Origin: Octopus sinensis
Lineage: Eukaryota
Length of the DNA: 64,000 nucleotides
Direction of reading: 5' to 3'
Assembly (NCBI RefSeq): GCF_006345805.1
Contig: NC_043006.1
Span: 10,230,001-10,294,000, forward strand
Position numbers and translations under genes: made by a program. Each line of letters opens with the position of its first letter. Positions within the stretch are counted from its first letter, which is position 1. The notes beneath the pieces were generated by a model. It made no database searches. It saw nothing but the letters and a program-made list of their open reading frames with translations, and was not told where the DNA came from. Below are positions 41,669-56,720 of the stretch, piece by piece.

Positions 41669-42250
41669 CATTTACCACTCTTGACTCCCACAATATCTTC
41701 ATTTACCTGGCTAGGAACGTATAATTCTCTGTTTTCCCAATTCCTTTATTATCCACACTATTAACATTTTTGTCTCTGCTACCATATCTGCTGTCCTTTG
41801 TTTACAATTATCATCAGTTGTTAGGAGAAAATCCAATAAAAACATCTTGAAGTTTTTAATCACTATCACTTCTCCTTTACTTTGAATTTAATAGCTTGGC
41901 TAAACTCTCAACGAACACATTTATCGGATAAAGCCTTGCCCGCGTTAGATAAGAGTTGGGATGTTTTACCAGAGGAACATTTGCCACTGTTGACTCACAC
42001 AATATCATCATTTAGCTGGCTAGGTACTTATAATTCTCTGTTTTCCTAATTCCTTCATTATCCACCCTATTAACATTTTTGCCTCTGTTATCATATCTGG
42101 TGTCCTTGTTTACTATTATCATCATTTGTTAGGAGAAAGTCCAATAAAATCCTGAAGTTTTTAATCACCATCACTTCTTTATTTGGAATTTAATAGCTTG
42201 GCTAAACTCTCAATAAACACATTTATCGAAAAAAAAGCCTTGCCCGCGTT
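41669..42250. repeat. Tandem pair of ~309-bp units related to the Penelope terminal sequence
   Basis: Units start at 41669 and 41978; inverted matches to 40305-40350 and 40437-40520. Confidence 0.75.
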
Positions 42251-42285
42251 TATATTCTTTCCATGATAAATTACTACATACTGCG

Positions 42286-42670
42286 TGGAGGCGCAATGGC
42301 CCAGTGGTTAGGGCAGCGGACTCGCGGTCATAGGATCGCGGTTTCGATTCCCAGACCGGGCGTTGTGAGTGTTTATTGAGCGAAAACACCTAAAGCTCCA
42401 CGAGGCTCCGGCAGGGGGTGGCAGGTGATCCCTGCTGTACTCTTTCACCACAACTTTCCCTCACTCTTACTTCCTGTTTTTGTTGTACCTGTATTTCAAA
42501 GGGCCGGCCTTGTCACTCTCTGTGTCACGCTGAATATCCCTGAGAACTACGTAAATGGTACCCGTGTCTGTGGAGTGCTCAGCCACTTGCACGTTAATTT
42601 CACGAGCAGGCTGTTCCGTTGATTCGGATCAACCGGAACCCTCGCCGTCGTAACCGACGGACTGCTTCCA
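42286..42670 (+). mobile_element. tRNA-derived SINE (family 2), full length
   Basis: ggcgcaatggcccagtggttagggcagcggactcgcggtc..ggtttcgattccc tRNA-like head; closely matches 10420-10805. Confidence 0.85.
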
Positions 42671-42854
42671 CTGCATACTGCACAATTTCAACCAGCTTTC
42701 CACAGATTCTTTTCTTTCTTACTGACTAAATTTAATCAATAACTTTTGTTATCAAAAAATTTTAATTCCTTGATCTGGATACCAGTAAGGTAAATTTCAG
42801 TTTCATTGATGTTGTTGTTGTTTTTAATGATAATATTAATTTCTGTAACTCTAC

Positions 42855-43010
42855 TAGCTGGCAGAATCTTTAGCAAATTCCGCCGAGGCCGACATTGCCT
42901 TTCATCCTTTCGAAGTCGATAAAGTAAGTAATAGTTGAGCACTGGAGTTGATGTAATCGACATAATACCACCATCGGAATAGCTGGTTTGTTATCAAAAT
43001 TTTAAATCAA
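42855..43010 (+). mobile_element. SINE family 1, partial diverged copy
   Basis: tagctggcagaatc..aaattccgccgaggccgacattgcctttcatcctttcg. Confidence 0.65.
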
Positions 43011-44479
43011 TTTTAAAATAATTTATGTACTATTGTTTTTATTGTTTTGTTTTCATGATTATTTGCTGACTTTTGTCAGGTGAAACTGAAAGAAATAATG
43101 TTCATTTTGAACTTCATTTCACACAAAAGTTCTAATTGAACTTTATGTAAAATTTGTCCAGACTGTAATTAAACATGTAGGTCGTTTCGTCTTTCCGAAT
43201 GTCATTATTTTATAGTACAAAGCAATATAATAATGGAAAACAAAATACATTAATACAGAGGTTAATTAACGCTCAAACAACTACAGGATACTTACAGGTC
43301 TCGCTTGGGGTGTCATGTGATGTGCTCTATTAATTTTCTTTCAAGCACATGTCTTTTGATGAGGACCCTTTTGCAGCAAAAGTGAAAGCTACGAAATATT
43401 TCCTTCACAGGAGATGCGCTAGTAATCTGGGAATAACCACATTGGTTCTGAGAAAAGAACAGTTACGTATTTATGTGTCGCTCTACATCTAATAAATTTT
43501 CTCCTCCCAATAGTTAAAAATGAAAATTTTAATTCAATACACGTGATTGAGCAGCTATTTGAAAAGCCTCAAATTTCCAAGGAATGCTTTACTTTCAGCT
43601 TGAATGAATCAATATATTTTCTGTGGTATTGGTTGATTATTTGAAAATTATTTTGTACTTCAAAACGTACAGACTAAATTGTTGAAAACAACAATATTCC
43701 ATTCAATGTGCTTATGATTCTTGATAGAAATTTCTACTCAGGAATCCTTACAATATCTATATCTAAACGCCAGATCAAAACAACGGGTGGAATTATTATT
43801 ATAGCAACTAAAGTGTTTTACCTTCGGCCAACATTTGATCTCAGCATTGGTATGGAAAGACGATCAGCACTCAAAAGTTTCGGCAATAATTTGATGTTTG
43901 CGATCTGAAGCGGTCTGAAAGAAACTACAAAATTACAAAAGAAAATATGATTAAAGTAAATGGTGCCTTCGATTTATTCACAAATATGTGGGATTTAAAC
44001 AACCAATAGAAGCTGAAATAGAACAGCAATGATCGACTGTATTGCTAATTGTTTTGCACCTTCATGTTTCTATGGACATACATTATCTGCTTAACTCATA
44101 GCAGCGAGAGCATACTAAACGAAGATATTGAAAATAAAGATTATAAGTAAAAAAGAAATGGTTTAATAATAAACACTTCAGTTTATTCCATCACTATGTG
44201 TTTAATTGATTTCATTAAAATTGAGTGTTTGAAATCCTGATTTTCAAATTCCCAACTACGTAGAAAGAGTGCGATAAATGTAAATATGTCTCACACACAC
44301 TTTCGTAAAATTTGTAAGGAAAATAATTGAGGGCAAATGACATAAGGAAATTTTGTTGCATGTATATTTAAAAGTATGAAATATGATGACCAACGCAACA
44401 TCGACTGCTGAATTGAAAAAGTAGAGAAATCAACATCGGTAAGTTCATCTTATCTTGAGTGCCATACAACTAGAGCAGG

Positions 44480-45120
44480 GAGCAGCTGAAGGTCAATGTG
44501 TGACTATCATCACATCACGTTTCACACCAGAGACGCGAAGATAACAGCTGTGTAGACATTCACCCCAACAACGCACTTACCAACAACATTCATGGCTATT
44601 TTCCTTGATGAAGCATTGGAGTTTAGCCAACAGCACAATCAACGGAATTGAAAGCTTGCAGGTGCTGAGTAGCTTCTCTGAGGTTAATAACCATCGGGAA
44701 CCCCGTACCCAGAAGCGTATTCACTAAACTGCACGACCTTCGCCATGTAGCGGCAACGGAAAGGAGTTCTAACCCATTTGCATTGCAATTAGGTATCGGC
44801 TACAAGATGCCACTAGTTACCCCTGTTACTAGTTCCAGAAAGTATCTGCACTGAGACTGAAACAGCCAAGACACCCTTAATGAGATGAATCCTGGCAATA
44901 TTAGCAGTCTTAGTTGTCATACCTAGTTTAACAGCAATAAACCTCAGACTAACCGTAAAGAAAGCAATTCAGTTACAGTTTTCTCAACCATGCCAGGAGC
45001 AGCCGTACTCTAACTACTTCAAAGAGCTTATCGCTACGACACTGAATTAAGCCATAGTTATGCAAGAACAACTGCGAGCTCAAGAAAACATTTTATGCAT
45101 GATTTAAATAACCGATCAGG
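44480..45120 (+). mobile_element. Old non-LTR (RTE-like) endonuclease relic
   Basis: GC richer than the flanks; AIRYRLQD..P..SALRLK resembles RTE APE FAIKNxL..P..ERLMxLRL. Heavily decayed. Confidence 0.35.
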
Positions 45121-45349
45121 TCATGTGCAAGTGTTTGAACGGTTCACTTCTTTCTCAGTTTCTATACTTCTTCGCCTCACCACATGCAAATGTATACACA
45201 AATATAAATTATGTATACACATGGAAGGTCAGAGACACATATGCATATAAATATGTACCCTGATACACATACAAACACACACATACATGATACATATACA
45301 CATACATACACACACATACACATATATATTATATACATATATATATACA

Positions 45350-45392
<43 letters not shown>

Positions 45393-45436
45393 CATATGTA
45401 TATATATATATATCTATTTATCTATCTATCTATCTA

Positions 45437-45479
<43 letters not shown>

Positions 45480-48400
45480 CATTCAATAATTCATCATGTA
45501 TCTCGTACATAAGTGTATTCCTCTCCATCCTCTAGACAGTGACCTTTTCGAATTTATTTCTTAGCATTTACACCTTTGAATTTATTCGTGACTTTCATTT
45601 CTTTGTGTTTGTTTGTGCAGTTCATTCTTTCCTGTATCTAATATTTCTTTCTAATATTGATAATGGTTGGTTTAGTTTGTCATGGCGACATTGATTTATC
45701 GATTAAGGGTGAATGTAAATACATGCATTGTAAAATGTTGTTCGGCAGTTTTGTTTATCATTGACTGAATTTATAATTTTCTACAACTGCATCAATAAAT
45801 ATTCTGCGTCCATCAACTAGTCAATAATACTTTCAGCTTCAAGAATTTTTCATGAATTTTGTTTCGTAGCATTATTTTCTTCCTTGATATTTTTTTAACA
45901 GAGTAACATGGAAACAACTCTCAATATGTTTTTCAGCTAAGTTTCTTCTGACCCTTGACTTTTCACGGTTGTTTTTCAACCATCGTGTTTATAGTTTAAC
46001 ATTAATGTCTGCTACAAGTTAGTTTCTTATTAGGATGTCCAATATTTGTGTTGTGCTATTCTTTGAGTTATTCTTTGTTGTTAAATTAACAATCTCCTCC
46101 TGAATGTTTTGCTTTTAGCTATGTTTTAGGTACATCACAAACAACGTTTTTTTTTTAAATAGAAGCAGCTTTTCTAAATAATTTTGTATAATTGTTTTTG
46201 ACAGTTTGTGTTCCACTGGTCCAATGTAATAGATACATACGTATCCAGAAGAAATGAATAACACTTGTACATTTAGTTCATGTACGACATGTACGATAAA
46301 GAGGTTTACAAGTTTCACGTTTTTTAAAGTGTTGGAGAAGGGGGGCAATGTCCATCAGGTACACAGCTTGTCTGAGAGCAATGACTTTAATGTGCGTAAT
46401 ATTCTGTTTAATATGTTTCACTGGGACACAACCAGAAAAAGCGCATAGTGAAATCTCACGGTAGCCGATTTCCTGAGGTCAGGGACAGAGCAAACTGGCC
46501 AGGAGCCGGTTGTAGCCACGAAAATGTAATGACATGGATTGCAAAGTTATCTAAATAATTTGCAAGCGTTGCACCAGCACCGTCTAAGATGAACGACTAT
46601 AACTCTCATGTGAGTCATGTTCGAGCTTTATTTAGTGGCAATTTGAAATATTATTTGTAAAACTTTTACCGTTAAATTTATATTTCATTTTCTTGTGTGG
46701 GTTTTTAATGTACTTACCCAATTTACTCTCTATAACATGATCATTAGTTATTACAATATTTTAACTTTGAAGCGAAATATTTTTTCTAATAGACTTTGAT
46801 CGAATTGTAAATGTAAAAATATATCATGTTAGCAATAATACTTGAAAACAATTCATCGTAGACATACTGTCATAGAAAAATGCAAGACAGATTGCTTCCC
46901 AATCAAAGAAAAAAACTTTTTCTAAACATTAACAGTGCAAGTATCCTCCAGTAAATTATTTCATTAAGGCTTTTGAGTGGAGATAATAGAGGGAAGCTGA
47001 AAGATGCCCGTCGTATACATACATACACACACAAGCACACATACACACACGCAGTGAACAGGATTTAATCTTTTCTCTTCGCTCTTTTGTGCCACAGGGG
47101 CTCAACTCCGCCTCATACTTCATCTGATTCCCATCCTCTCCTCTTCACCCGACACTTACTCCCCTCTTCACTCCCACACACCTTGTCTCTTCATTGATAC
47201 TCTTCTGAAAATTTCAACTGTATCTTTGTTTCTGTGTCTATTTTTGTCCACCAGCGCTTGCCCACCGTTGTTGGTGTGTTTACGTCCACGTAACTTGGCA
47301 GTTCGGCAAAAGGACTGATATAATGAACTTGAGGCTTTGAAACATGTCCTGTGGTGGATTCGATTGACTAAAAGCACCAGCATGGCCATAGCTAAATTTC
47401 TGAAACAAGTAATATCGTAATTAAAAATTAAATATCCTTTCCTTTAAAATGACTGTAAAATGTTTCGTTTCACTGTTTCTTGGGCTGTAGAATTAATCCA
47501 TCACCCAATTTAACAGCACCAACGGACAAGGTTGATTTGTTTGCGAAAATCATTCACTATATAATATTTGGGCCAGGACACCTGTTTCAAAAGTAGTGCC
47601 GCCTTCACTTCCATCTGTGTCGGGGTCCCAGAAAATGGTGTAGGGAACAAAATTCCCTCGTTACTAAGAGATAATAATAAAGGAATCTTTTTGTTTCACT
47701 CAAATTTCACAGGTCTCATTTTAAATAGAATTGTAGGCTTGTTATTTCTTTCTTTCGTATGTTCTTCTCTTCTAAGTTGAACATTTAGAAATGGCACTTC
47801 TGTCCTCGAGTAAAGAATATATCTAGAACTTTGCACAGCTTTCCCTTCTGAAAGAAAGTTTTAAAAAATCGTTTTATGTCTTTGTTTAAATGTCAACTTC
47901 ATACCATATTTACTAAACCTCGTGTCTTGTATTTAGTACGGCCTTCACTTCTCTGTTTCTTATGTGAACTCGAATAAAGAAAATGTCGTCTGTATTGTGT
48001 GTATGATTTACTGTGTAAATAATCGGAAAAAAACTTTCGTTTTACAAGTAATCAGTAGTTTCCACATGATGTTGATTAATACAGGGTGGACATATTTATT
48101 TGTATAGAATATCTGTTCATTGGACACGGGTGAATATTATCTTGTTGATTGCAAGATATTATTATTTGCCTCCTGTTCCACACATATCAAGGAAGCCTAT
48201 GGTGAGAGGATATTTTATTTGTTATCTAGAGTTACGATATCATTTTATAAAAGTATGATGAGGTAATTTTGCGAAGAGTGTGCTTGCTTAATATTTCTAA
48301 TAGCATGATCCAAAAGGTAGATACAATATTTTTGAATCAATCTATTATTTCTTGATCAGATATAACGGTTCTTTTTTTCCTCTAGAAAATATACCCTGGA

Positions 48401-49519
48401 GAACATAATGTTCATTATTCATTTTTACAATTTAATATATTAAAAAAAAACAAGAAAACACAAGACTCGTTAATTCATAGAACATGTTTCTGTCTTACCC
48501 ATTCCAATAAATTTCCTAAATAAAATTGATACTTCTATTGAAATAATCTCATTCCATTTCATAAGACTGACTGTAAACATTTTGTATTTCTGCATTTACA
48601 GCATTAATTAATTTAGAAATCTAGATTTTGAAAAAACAACAATGTGCTATCTGTGAATTTTCTATCATCATAAAAAAAAAGATTTGGTGATTTTTGTCAT
48701 GAATTTATCTCGGTAATTAATAACGATCAAATGGCTGGTTTCTCTTGCAAATATTATAACTTTGTTACCGATGCTTGACTCAAACATAATCATGCACAGC
48801 ACGTCTCCTAACTGACTGAAAGTGCTATTTTCTGATTGATTCTGTATCTATGTTAATTATTTCCCCCAAACCCGAAGTCATTTCAATTTGTCACACATTT
48901 TCGTTTCTGGTGTTTTTAGTCTTCACACGTTACCGTAGACATAGAAAGATTAAATTTACTTTTTCTCGTGATGCAGTGACATCTATATTCACATACAAGC
49001 ACACAAAAATACGCACAGACATAGGCACACATAAACACCCACGCGAAAATACACACAGACATGCATACATTTCTACAAATCTACGCATACATACATATGT
49101 TCATGATCATACATACATATGTGCACGGAGGGGGTAAACCTAATACACATATAAGCGTATATATACACACATGTGTGTGTGTTTCTTTATGCATGTATGC
49201 ACATATGTTTGAGTATTTGTATGCATGTATGTTCTTTCGGGAGCAGTTGTAAGTGCGTAATAGCTTGTATATGATTAATAAGCGTGTTATTACTACAATG
49301 ACTTGGCTTTTTCGCCTGACATATATTTCAAACGGAGGAAATAACTGCACTCTCATAAATACTCTACAGATATGGTACCCAAGATGTTCTCCTGTAAACC
49401 CAGGAAACTGGATGCGTCACGGATTACACAACATGCCATTAAGAGTAACGGGCATCTTTCCCTATTTATCGACACGCACACGTGTAAATAAACATAAACC
49501 CTGGGATTCATAGACATAC

Positions 49520-49551
<32 letters not shown>

Positions 49552-49556
49552 GTGTA

Positions 49557-49587
<31 letters not shown>

Positions 49588-49985
49588 AGTGAGATAATAA
49601 AAAGATGTCTGTCAGAGAGATACACTGGCAAACAGAAATATACAGATACACATAGTTATGTACGTGTTTCAGTGTACATACATATGTATGTGCACGTAGT
49701 TGAGTGTTTGCGTGGAAGTGTGTGTGAGTGTGTGTGCGCGTATGTGTTTGTGTGCATAAGGGGGGGGGGGCAATATCTCTGCACCTGTTTGCATTTAAAA
49801 AAATGGTTGCTTGCCTAGACTTTGTATTTACTGTATGTTCATATTCTGGGGTTTGTTTTCGTTCTATTATCTTTCTCTTTAGCACATTAAGCAACGATTC
49901 GCCACTGGCTACCAATAATATCACTCCATCCCTAACTCTCACTCCCTCTTTCCGCATGTGTATATACGTATTGATACATACATGG

Positions 49986-50072
<87 letters not shown>

Positions 50073-50181
50073 TATTCATATTTATTCAGAATATATATTT
50101 CTCAAAATTTGTACGTATGCACATGTATGCACACACGGACAAATACACACACGCTCAAACACACAGACAAACGCACACACA

Positions 50182-50219
<38 letters not shown>

Positions 50220-50725
50220 CACACATATGAAGCTCAACCTCTCTATCTGTCTATCGCTCCGACGAATATTTAATGGCGAAGTGAAAACTTTTTATATTAC
50301 TTAGCGAAAGCCCCGGTCGCATCAAGCACCTCTTCAATCTGCGTGCTATTTTAGAATCCTCACTCTTCTTTCTCTCTTATTATCCTACATTTTTCCGTTC
50401 CATTAAGACCGACGACCTAATTTAGTATTATATGTGTATTACTTATCTCAGTATTCATCACCATTAACCTTTTACTGTGCAACAGAACATTAAGCATGCA
50501 ATTCTACATCCGCACCATTACTAACTGTTACATTACCAGATACGATCTAAAAGAAGAAATATTCTTGGAAACATCTATGGGAAATAGAGAAAATCGCATT
50601 TGCTGTAAAACTGTATGTTTTGGACTTTATATATATATATATATATATATAGATAGATAGATAGATATATAGATAGATAGATAGATAGATAGATAGATTT
50701 AGATATAGATGTATATGTATATATA

Positions 50726-50788
<63 letters not shown>

Positions 50789-50902
50789 TATATATATACA
50801 AACTACAGTAGCATTCACCCTTAGGGGTTAGCCATATTCAAATGGCAAATAAACGTCACGATGTGTTGCTGCTACTGTTTATAACTCGCTCTGAGATTTA
50901 TC

Positions 50903-51148
<246 letters not shown>

Positions 51149-51502
51149 CTCACCCCTATATGATATTTAAGAATAGTTTAACTCGGTTCCATGTAACTTG
51201 AATTTTTGTAGTCACTTCAAGCGAACCTATCACTAGTTAGTTTACAAGGATCGAATGTGGGTCTCCACAAGCCCGACCAAAAGTTAGGTAGTGATGTAGA
51301 GTGAAACTGTTATTAAATACTTTGTATTATATATGTGATACCAATTAAATGTGTTGAGTACCAGCTTCTTTCATTTCTCAACTGAGCCGTACACATACAT
51401 GCTTTCATGTATAAATACATATATATATACAGAAAGACATATATATTTTAATGTGTGGGTGGGTGTCAGTGTGTGCATGTGTGTGTGTGCGTGTGTGTAT
51501 GT

Positions 51503-51555
<53 letters not shown>

Positions 51556-51684
51556 GTAGTATACCTGTGAGTGTCTTTCTAACGAACATACATTTTAATC
51601 TCTGTGAATTTTGCAATATCACTCCATAGTTGAAATGTATACATTTTTCCATATGTGTGACAGTATTACGTCAGCTTTTTTATG

Positions 51685-51729
<45 letters not shown>

Positions 51730-51872
51730 TATATGCAACTTATAAACAAGAGCAAAAGAAAAAATTTCTAATCCCAAATATGCCGAAAACAGACACTTCG
51801 TCAATAACCATATGATTATCACTATAAGTGATATATATATATTATATATATATATATATAGATATATATATA

Positions 51873-53169
51873 CGAGGGATATTTATTAAAGTTTTCCCTG
51901 ACCCACTTCCGATTATTGCAAAAAACGGAACTTTTACAGGTATAAAGCGTCCTTATGTCTACGTGTCACATTGTAAATTGCAGTTTTCCACTTATATTCG
52001 TTTGTCTTTTTTCAGTTGCTGATGTGAAATATTATGTTATGATAGAGGTTGTTGAATGCAGATCAGTGATCACGTTTTTTATATTCGAAAATTCGACATC
52101 AATGGTGACTTTTCATGAGATGAAATAATTTTATGATGACAATGCACTATCATACCATGTAGTCAAGCACTAGCATCGCCAGTTCAAATGTGGTCGGATA
52201 TGAATGGAAACTGCTATCATTTCTGGTGAACACATTCCACTATTGATGAGGGCACCAGCCATAAATTGGAAGCTGCTATTTCGTAGGATCACCGCATAAC
52301 TATTCGATAAGTAACCCAAAACTGAAGATAAGTGTAGGGTCCATAGAAAAAAAAATCATTCATGACCATATGCACATGCGAAAGTCGATTTCCCGGTTGC
52401 TCACACATTTTCAGAAGCAGGAACTCGTTAATTGCTCCCAATCTCTTTTGGCAACGTGCCAAGAAAACAAGGGGGACTTTTTGGGCAGACTTATTTCACA
52501 CAGGATGAAACATGTGTCCATCAACACGAGCCAGTCTCAGCAATTAAAGCATGGTAACTCACCACCTCCAAAGAAGACTCGTGTCCAACCCTCAGCAGGC
52601 AGGGTGATGCTCACAGTCTTTTGCGACCAGTGTGGAGTAGTGATGATGTATTTTCTGGCAAATGGAACCACAATTAACGGGACATAATATGCTTCTCTGC
52701 TGCAGAAATTGCGGTACGCCACGAAATCAGAAAGGCGTGGCATGCTGACCAAAGGAGTCAGCATCCTCCAAGACAACGCACCAGGTCACAATACACATAT
52801 TGCCCAGATGAATGCAGACTCTTACAGTTATGAAATTCTTCCTCATCTCCTTTATTTTTCGACATCGCACCGTCCGACTTCCACCTCTTTCCAACCATGA
52901 AGTCTATTTTGAAGGAAAAGCACTTTTAGGATGATGAAGTATAGTTTCTTCGATGATGAGGTATAGTTATATTTCTGGAGGTATAGTCTTGATTCCAGAG
53001 GCAACCTACCGACTTCTACCGATGAAAGCTTCACACCTGCGAAAACCGACGGGAGAAGCGTGTCACCATTAATTGTGGTTATGTAGAGAAGGACTAATAC
53101 TTATGCCTAGTTTCCTTTATCCCAGACTGTGGGAAGTGTGTCGGGGAAATCTTTAATGAAGATTCCTCG
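51873..53169 (+). mobile_element. Full-length but inactivated mariner (~1.3 kb)
   Basis: ~38-bp imperfect TIRs (cgagggatatttattaaagttttccctgacccacttcc and the reverse complement of ggaagtgtgtcggggaaatctttaatgaagattcctcg); 5' TA; SPPPKK..SAGRVMLTVFCD and LQDNAPGH motifs with frameshifts. Confidence 0.88.
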
Positions 53170-54253
53170 TGTATATATATACCTATATGTGAATATACTT
53201 GTGTGTGCGCGTATGCGCGTTCTTCTGTGTGTATACATGTCATCTATATATATATATATCGATAGTACCTCTCAGTTGATAATTTTCTTCATCAAAATTG
53301 CCCGACATCTTTTCTAAATTTAGCTTATTATTATGTATGTATATATATATATATATATATATACATACATGTATAATATATTCATGTATGTATGTGTGTG
53401 TACATGTATATATGCATGTATGCATATATATATTTAAGTGTTCATTTATGTCAAAGTCCCCAGCGGAGGGCTGGTAAAATCTAATAGCGCTGTTTTCACC
53501 TCCTCTTGGAATATATGTTTGTTTTAAGCGGTAAACCCGTCCTATGATTAATTACACTCTATCGATTGGTTTCATATGACAAAGTGCTGCCAATTGAATT
53601 CCTACATCTGTTTCATGTTTGGTATAGCAAGGGTTTCTTGATATTTCTTTCTTCTGAAATATGAACTATATTATTTAACATACGTAGGAATCGGATACAG
53701 AGTACAAACGCAACATAGGCTTAAAAGGTGGAAATATTATATTGTCTTAATATATATGCTTTGTGAATATTAATGTCGGAATAAATAACCCGATGAACAT
53801 TACAGTACATAACAGTTTGAGAGAGAATTATATAGGCAAGGAAAATTGGAAGGTGATATACACACTCAGATACTGTCGTTTGTGTGCGTGTGCGTTTGTG
53901 TATGTGTGTGTTTGTGTGTGCGTGTAGAAATATAGACAGCCACAATCAGGTTTGTGGGCGATTAAATCATAAACACCAAAAGCAGAATTCTACTACCACA
54001 CAAAGATCTGGCAGTGAGAACAGTATTTCATACAGCCGCCTCCAGTAATTTTAGCCGATGGTTTTTAAATTAAAAGAAAATGAACTTTTGAACTGTCAAA
54101 TGAATTCAATTTCATAAAAAGGAACGCATTAACGCCACGTATGTGTATGAAAAGCTATTGAGATATGGTATACATACATACATATATTTGATATTCATAC
54201 ATGTGTAGATATATTTTATATATATATATATACTAATATATATATATATACAT

Positions 54254-54295
<42 letters not shown>

Positions 54296-54385
54296 TAATG
54301 CATCTTTTCATGTATATATATATATCATATATATTACATGTGCGTATATAAACATGTGTGCAAATGTATATATGTATATATATAT

Positions 54386-54429
<44 letters not shown>

Positions 54430-55342
54430 TTGTGTATATATATATACATATGCGTGTATGTATGTAAGCATGTTTGTATGTAATGACTGTATGCATCTAC
54501 TGACGCATACCTGTTCATATACATATTTCCATATAAATATATTAATAACTAGGACAGCACAAAATATAGAATGCGAACAAGATAGTTTTGACAGGTAATT
54601 CATAGATAGCTGGGAACACTGACCCACACACACACACACACACACGCACACATGTACTTTCAGATACGTATAGATTTATACATCCTAGATAACAAGATAA
54701 TAGCTGGTTATACCTGCATATATTTATAACGATTGAATTACAACGTTATGTTGAATTATTCAAATTTATGGCCAATAGGATATATATTAACTTTCTTTAA
54801 ACAATTTTGTAGAGTTTAGAGAAAAAATGTAATATCTCTATGGACAGTAATTGAGAGAGAAGCTAGTAACTTAATATTGGCAAATATTGAGTTTATGGGA
54901 TAGACTTTGAAGTTTGATTGATATTTCTTCTTTCTATGGTAAATACTAAAGTTTAACATGTATTAAAGTGTTATTCTCCAGGGTATTTCAGAAAATGAGA
55001 CAGAGGTTGTAAATATCGATTCTATGAACATTTATAGTCATTTAATTTACGTGTATAAAAATGTAATGTTTTCGCTAGTAATTGCTTCAGCTAGTTTCAC
55101 ATAACTAGCTAAATCAGAAAATAGCGTGATGTTAATGGAGAAGAAAACAAATTTGTTTAAACATGGTTTCTGTAACTTAAAACTTTTTACCAAGGAAACT
55201 TTAGTTTGAATACCTAGTATAAGCCGAAGTATTTGCATACATACATACTTACATACTTACCTACATACATACAGACATACATACATACATATAGTCAGAT
55301 AGATAGATAGATCGATCGATCGATCGATAGATAGATAGATAA

Positions 55343-55374
<32 letters not shown>

Positions 55375-55375
55375 G

Positions 55376-55528
55376 GGGGGCTTTGGTACTCTAGGCACAA
55401 GGACCGAAATTTTGGAGAGAGGGGCCAGTCTAATAGATCGAGCTAAGTACACAACTAGTATTTAATTTATCGATTTTGAAAGGATGAAAGGCAAAGTTGA
55501 TCTCAGTGGAATTTGATCTCAGAACGTA

Positions 55529-55570
<42 letters not shown>

Positions 55571-55633
55571 TATTTGTCTGTCTTTACGTTCTGAGCTCTC
55601 AGTGGAATTTGATCTCAGAACGTAAAGACATTG

Positions 55634-55692
<59 letters not shown>

Positions 55693-55765
55693 TATATATT
55701 AATATAATATAGATATAAGATATATTTGGCTGTCTTTACGTTCTGAGTTCAAATTCCACTGATAT
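55376..55765 (-). mobile_element. SINE family 1 partial copy followed by rearranged fragments
   Basis: ctctaggcacaagg..gaaaggatgaaaggcaaagttga, then short alternating-orientation pieces separated by (TA)n. Confidence 0.7.
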
Positions 55766-55879
55766 ATATATGTATATGTGTGTATGTGTGTATGTGTGTG
55801 TAACTCAGATAACTCAGTTTTGTTTTGGCCATTATCGGTCCATGCCATGACTAACTTAATAGCAACACATGGAAAAGTC

Positions 55880-56720
55880 TTTTAGTTAATTATTTCGGGA
55901 CACCACGGACCACTCAAGCAGAGAGTGGTTGAGACGTATTCAGGTGTAGATGGTTTATCCGGTATTTCCTGGAAGAATTCTTCAGGTGCCGTTTAAAAGT
56001 TGTGGGGTCTTTTTCTACTTTAATTTCTTTCGGGATAACATTGAAAAGAGCAGGACCATTTACAGTGAAGAAATTGTGTCGTAATGTTCTTATGTCATCT
56101 CGACCTTTAAAGGGACGCATTGCACGGGGGCCCAGTCTTGGGTGAATTCTGAACATAATACCAATATCGTTTGGATAATATTGGTGGAATATTTTCCTCA
56201 TGGTGCAAATAATGTATCGCAGAATATAGAGCTTCAGCTGTTTAAGTCGAGCCCAATAACCAAGTCCCATCTTGACATTTATTATTTCTTTTATTCTGAT
56301 TGATCTTTCTGGCACTTCGATCCTCATTATGACTTGTTTTTTGTAGGGGTACCACAATGGGCAGAAGTTTCGTATTGGGGCCTAGCGAATGTGGGGAAGA
56401 AGATGATGGTTTCATGATCCTTAAATTGGAAAATTCTGAGGAGCCACGAGCATATTCTGAGGGCAACATCAACTCTTTTGTTGATGTGCACTCTCTACAT
56501 AAGTTTGCTATCGACTTATGTTACGCATAAGTCTCTAATATTATTCGACGGTTCAAGTAGGTCTCGTGACGGTAGTGCATATGGTTGTTTGAGTGTGTCC
56601 TCTCTTCCAAAGTGGATGAGTTCAAATTGTTCTTCGTTCAACTGCATATTGTTTTTTGTTGGGTTTTTTTGTGCCAACTGGGTTACTACGCATAGGACCG
56701 ATTGAAACATTGAAGGATTT
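55880..56720 (-). mobile_element. Older CR1-type LINE 3' fragment, related to 7773-9612
   Basis: NNMQLNEEQFELIHFG..NNIRDL; GLGYWARLKQLKLY; HPRLGPRA..GPALFNVIPK. Confidence 0.8.

Larger units (their letters stand above)
27600..43900 (-). pseudogene. SLC9C1: SLC9C1/sNHE-like locus C, decayed and interrupted by Helitron, SINE, Penelope, mariner and retrozyme insertions
   Basis: Collinear on -: IIIPPVVLIWRLDID (TM3) near 43800; SASPV (cf. SATDPV) near 43410; WEAVYNIPVI and CNMIFTVI (cf. FEVTINIAIV, SNYVFFVI) in ORF 33980-34186; LIPKL..YDKYIL (cf. LIPKL..YDVGKGYII) 32810-32889; HPDSETVS-15aa-ETLQ (cf. HPGIAVS-15aa-ETIH) 32260-32342; SPPIE..IIKDV (cf. PPPE..LLKNV) near 29200. Matched by eye. Confidence 0.55.

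Noticed and set aside
41805-41830. CTGATGA on the minus strand of the 309-bp units
   Set aside because: No downstream GAAA with pairing stems.
42286-42360. tRNA gene call
   Set aside because: It is the tRNA-like head of a SINE: no proper acceptor stem, and it continues into a shared ~390-bp body.
47668-47703. 36-nt GT-AG segment that would join two locus D fragments in frame (a similar 39-nt one lies near 48200-48238)
   Set aside because: Too short to accept as an intron without transcript evidence; exon boundaries in locus D are left undefined.
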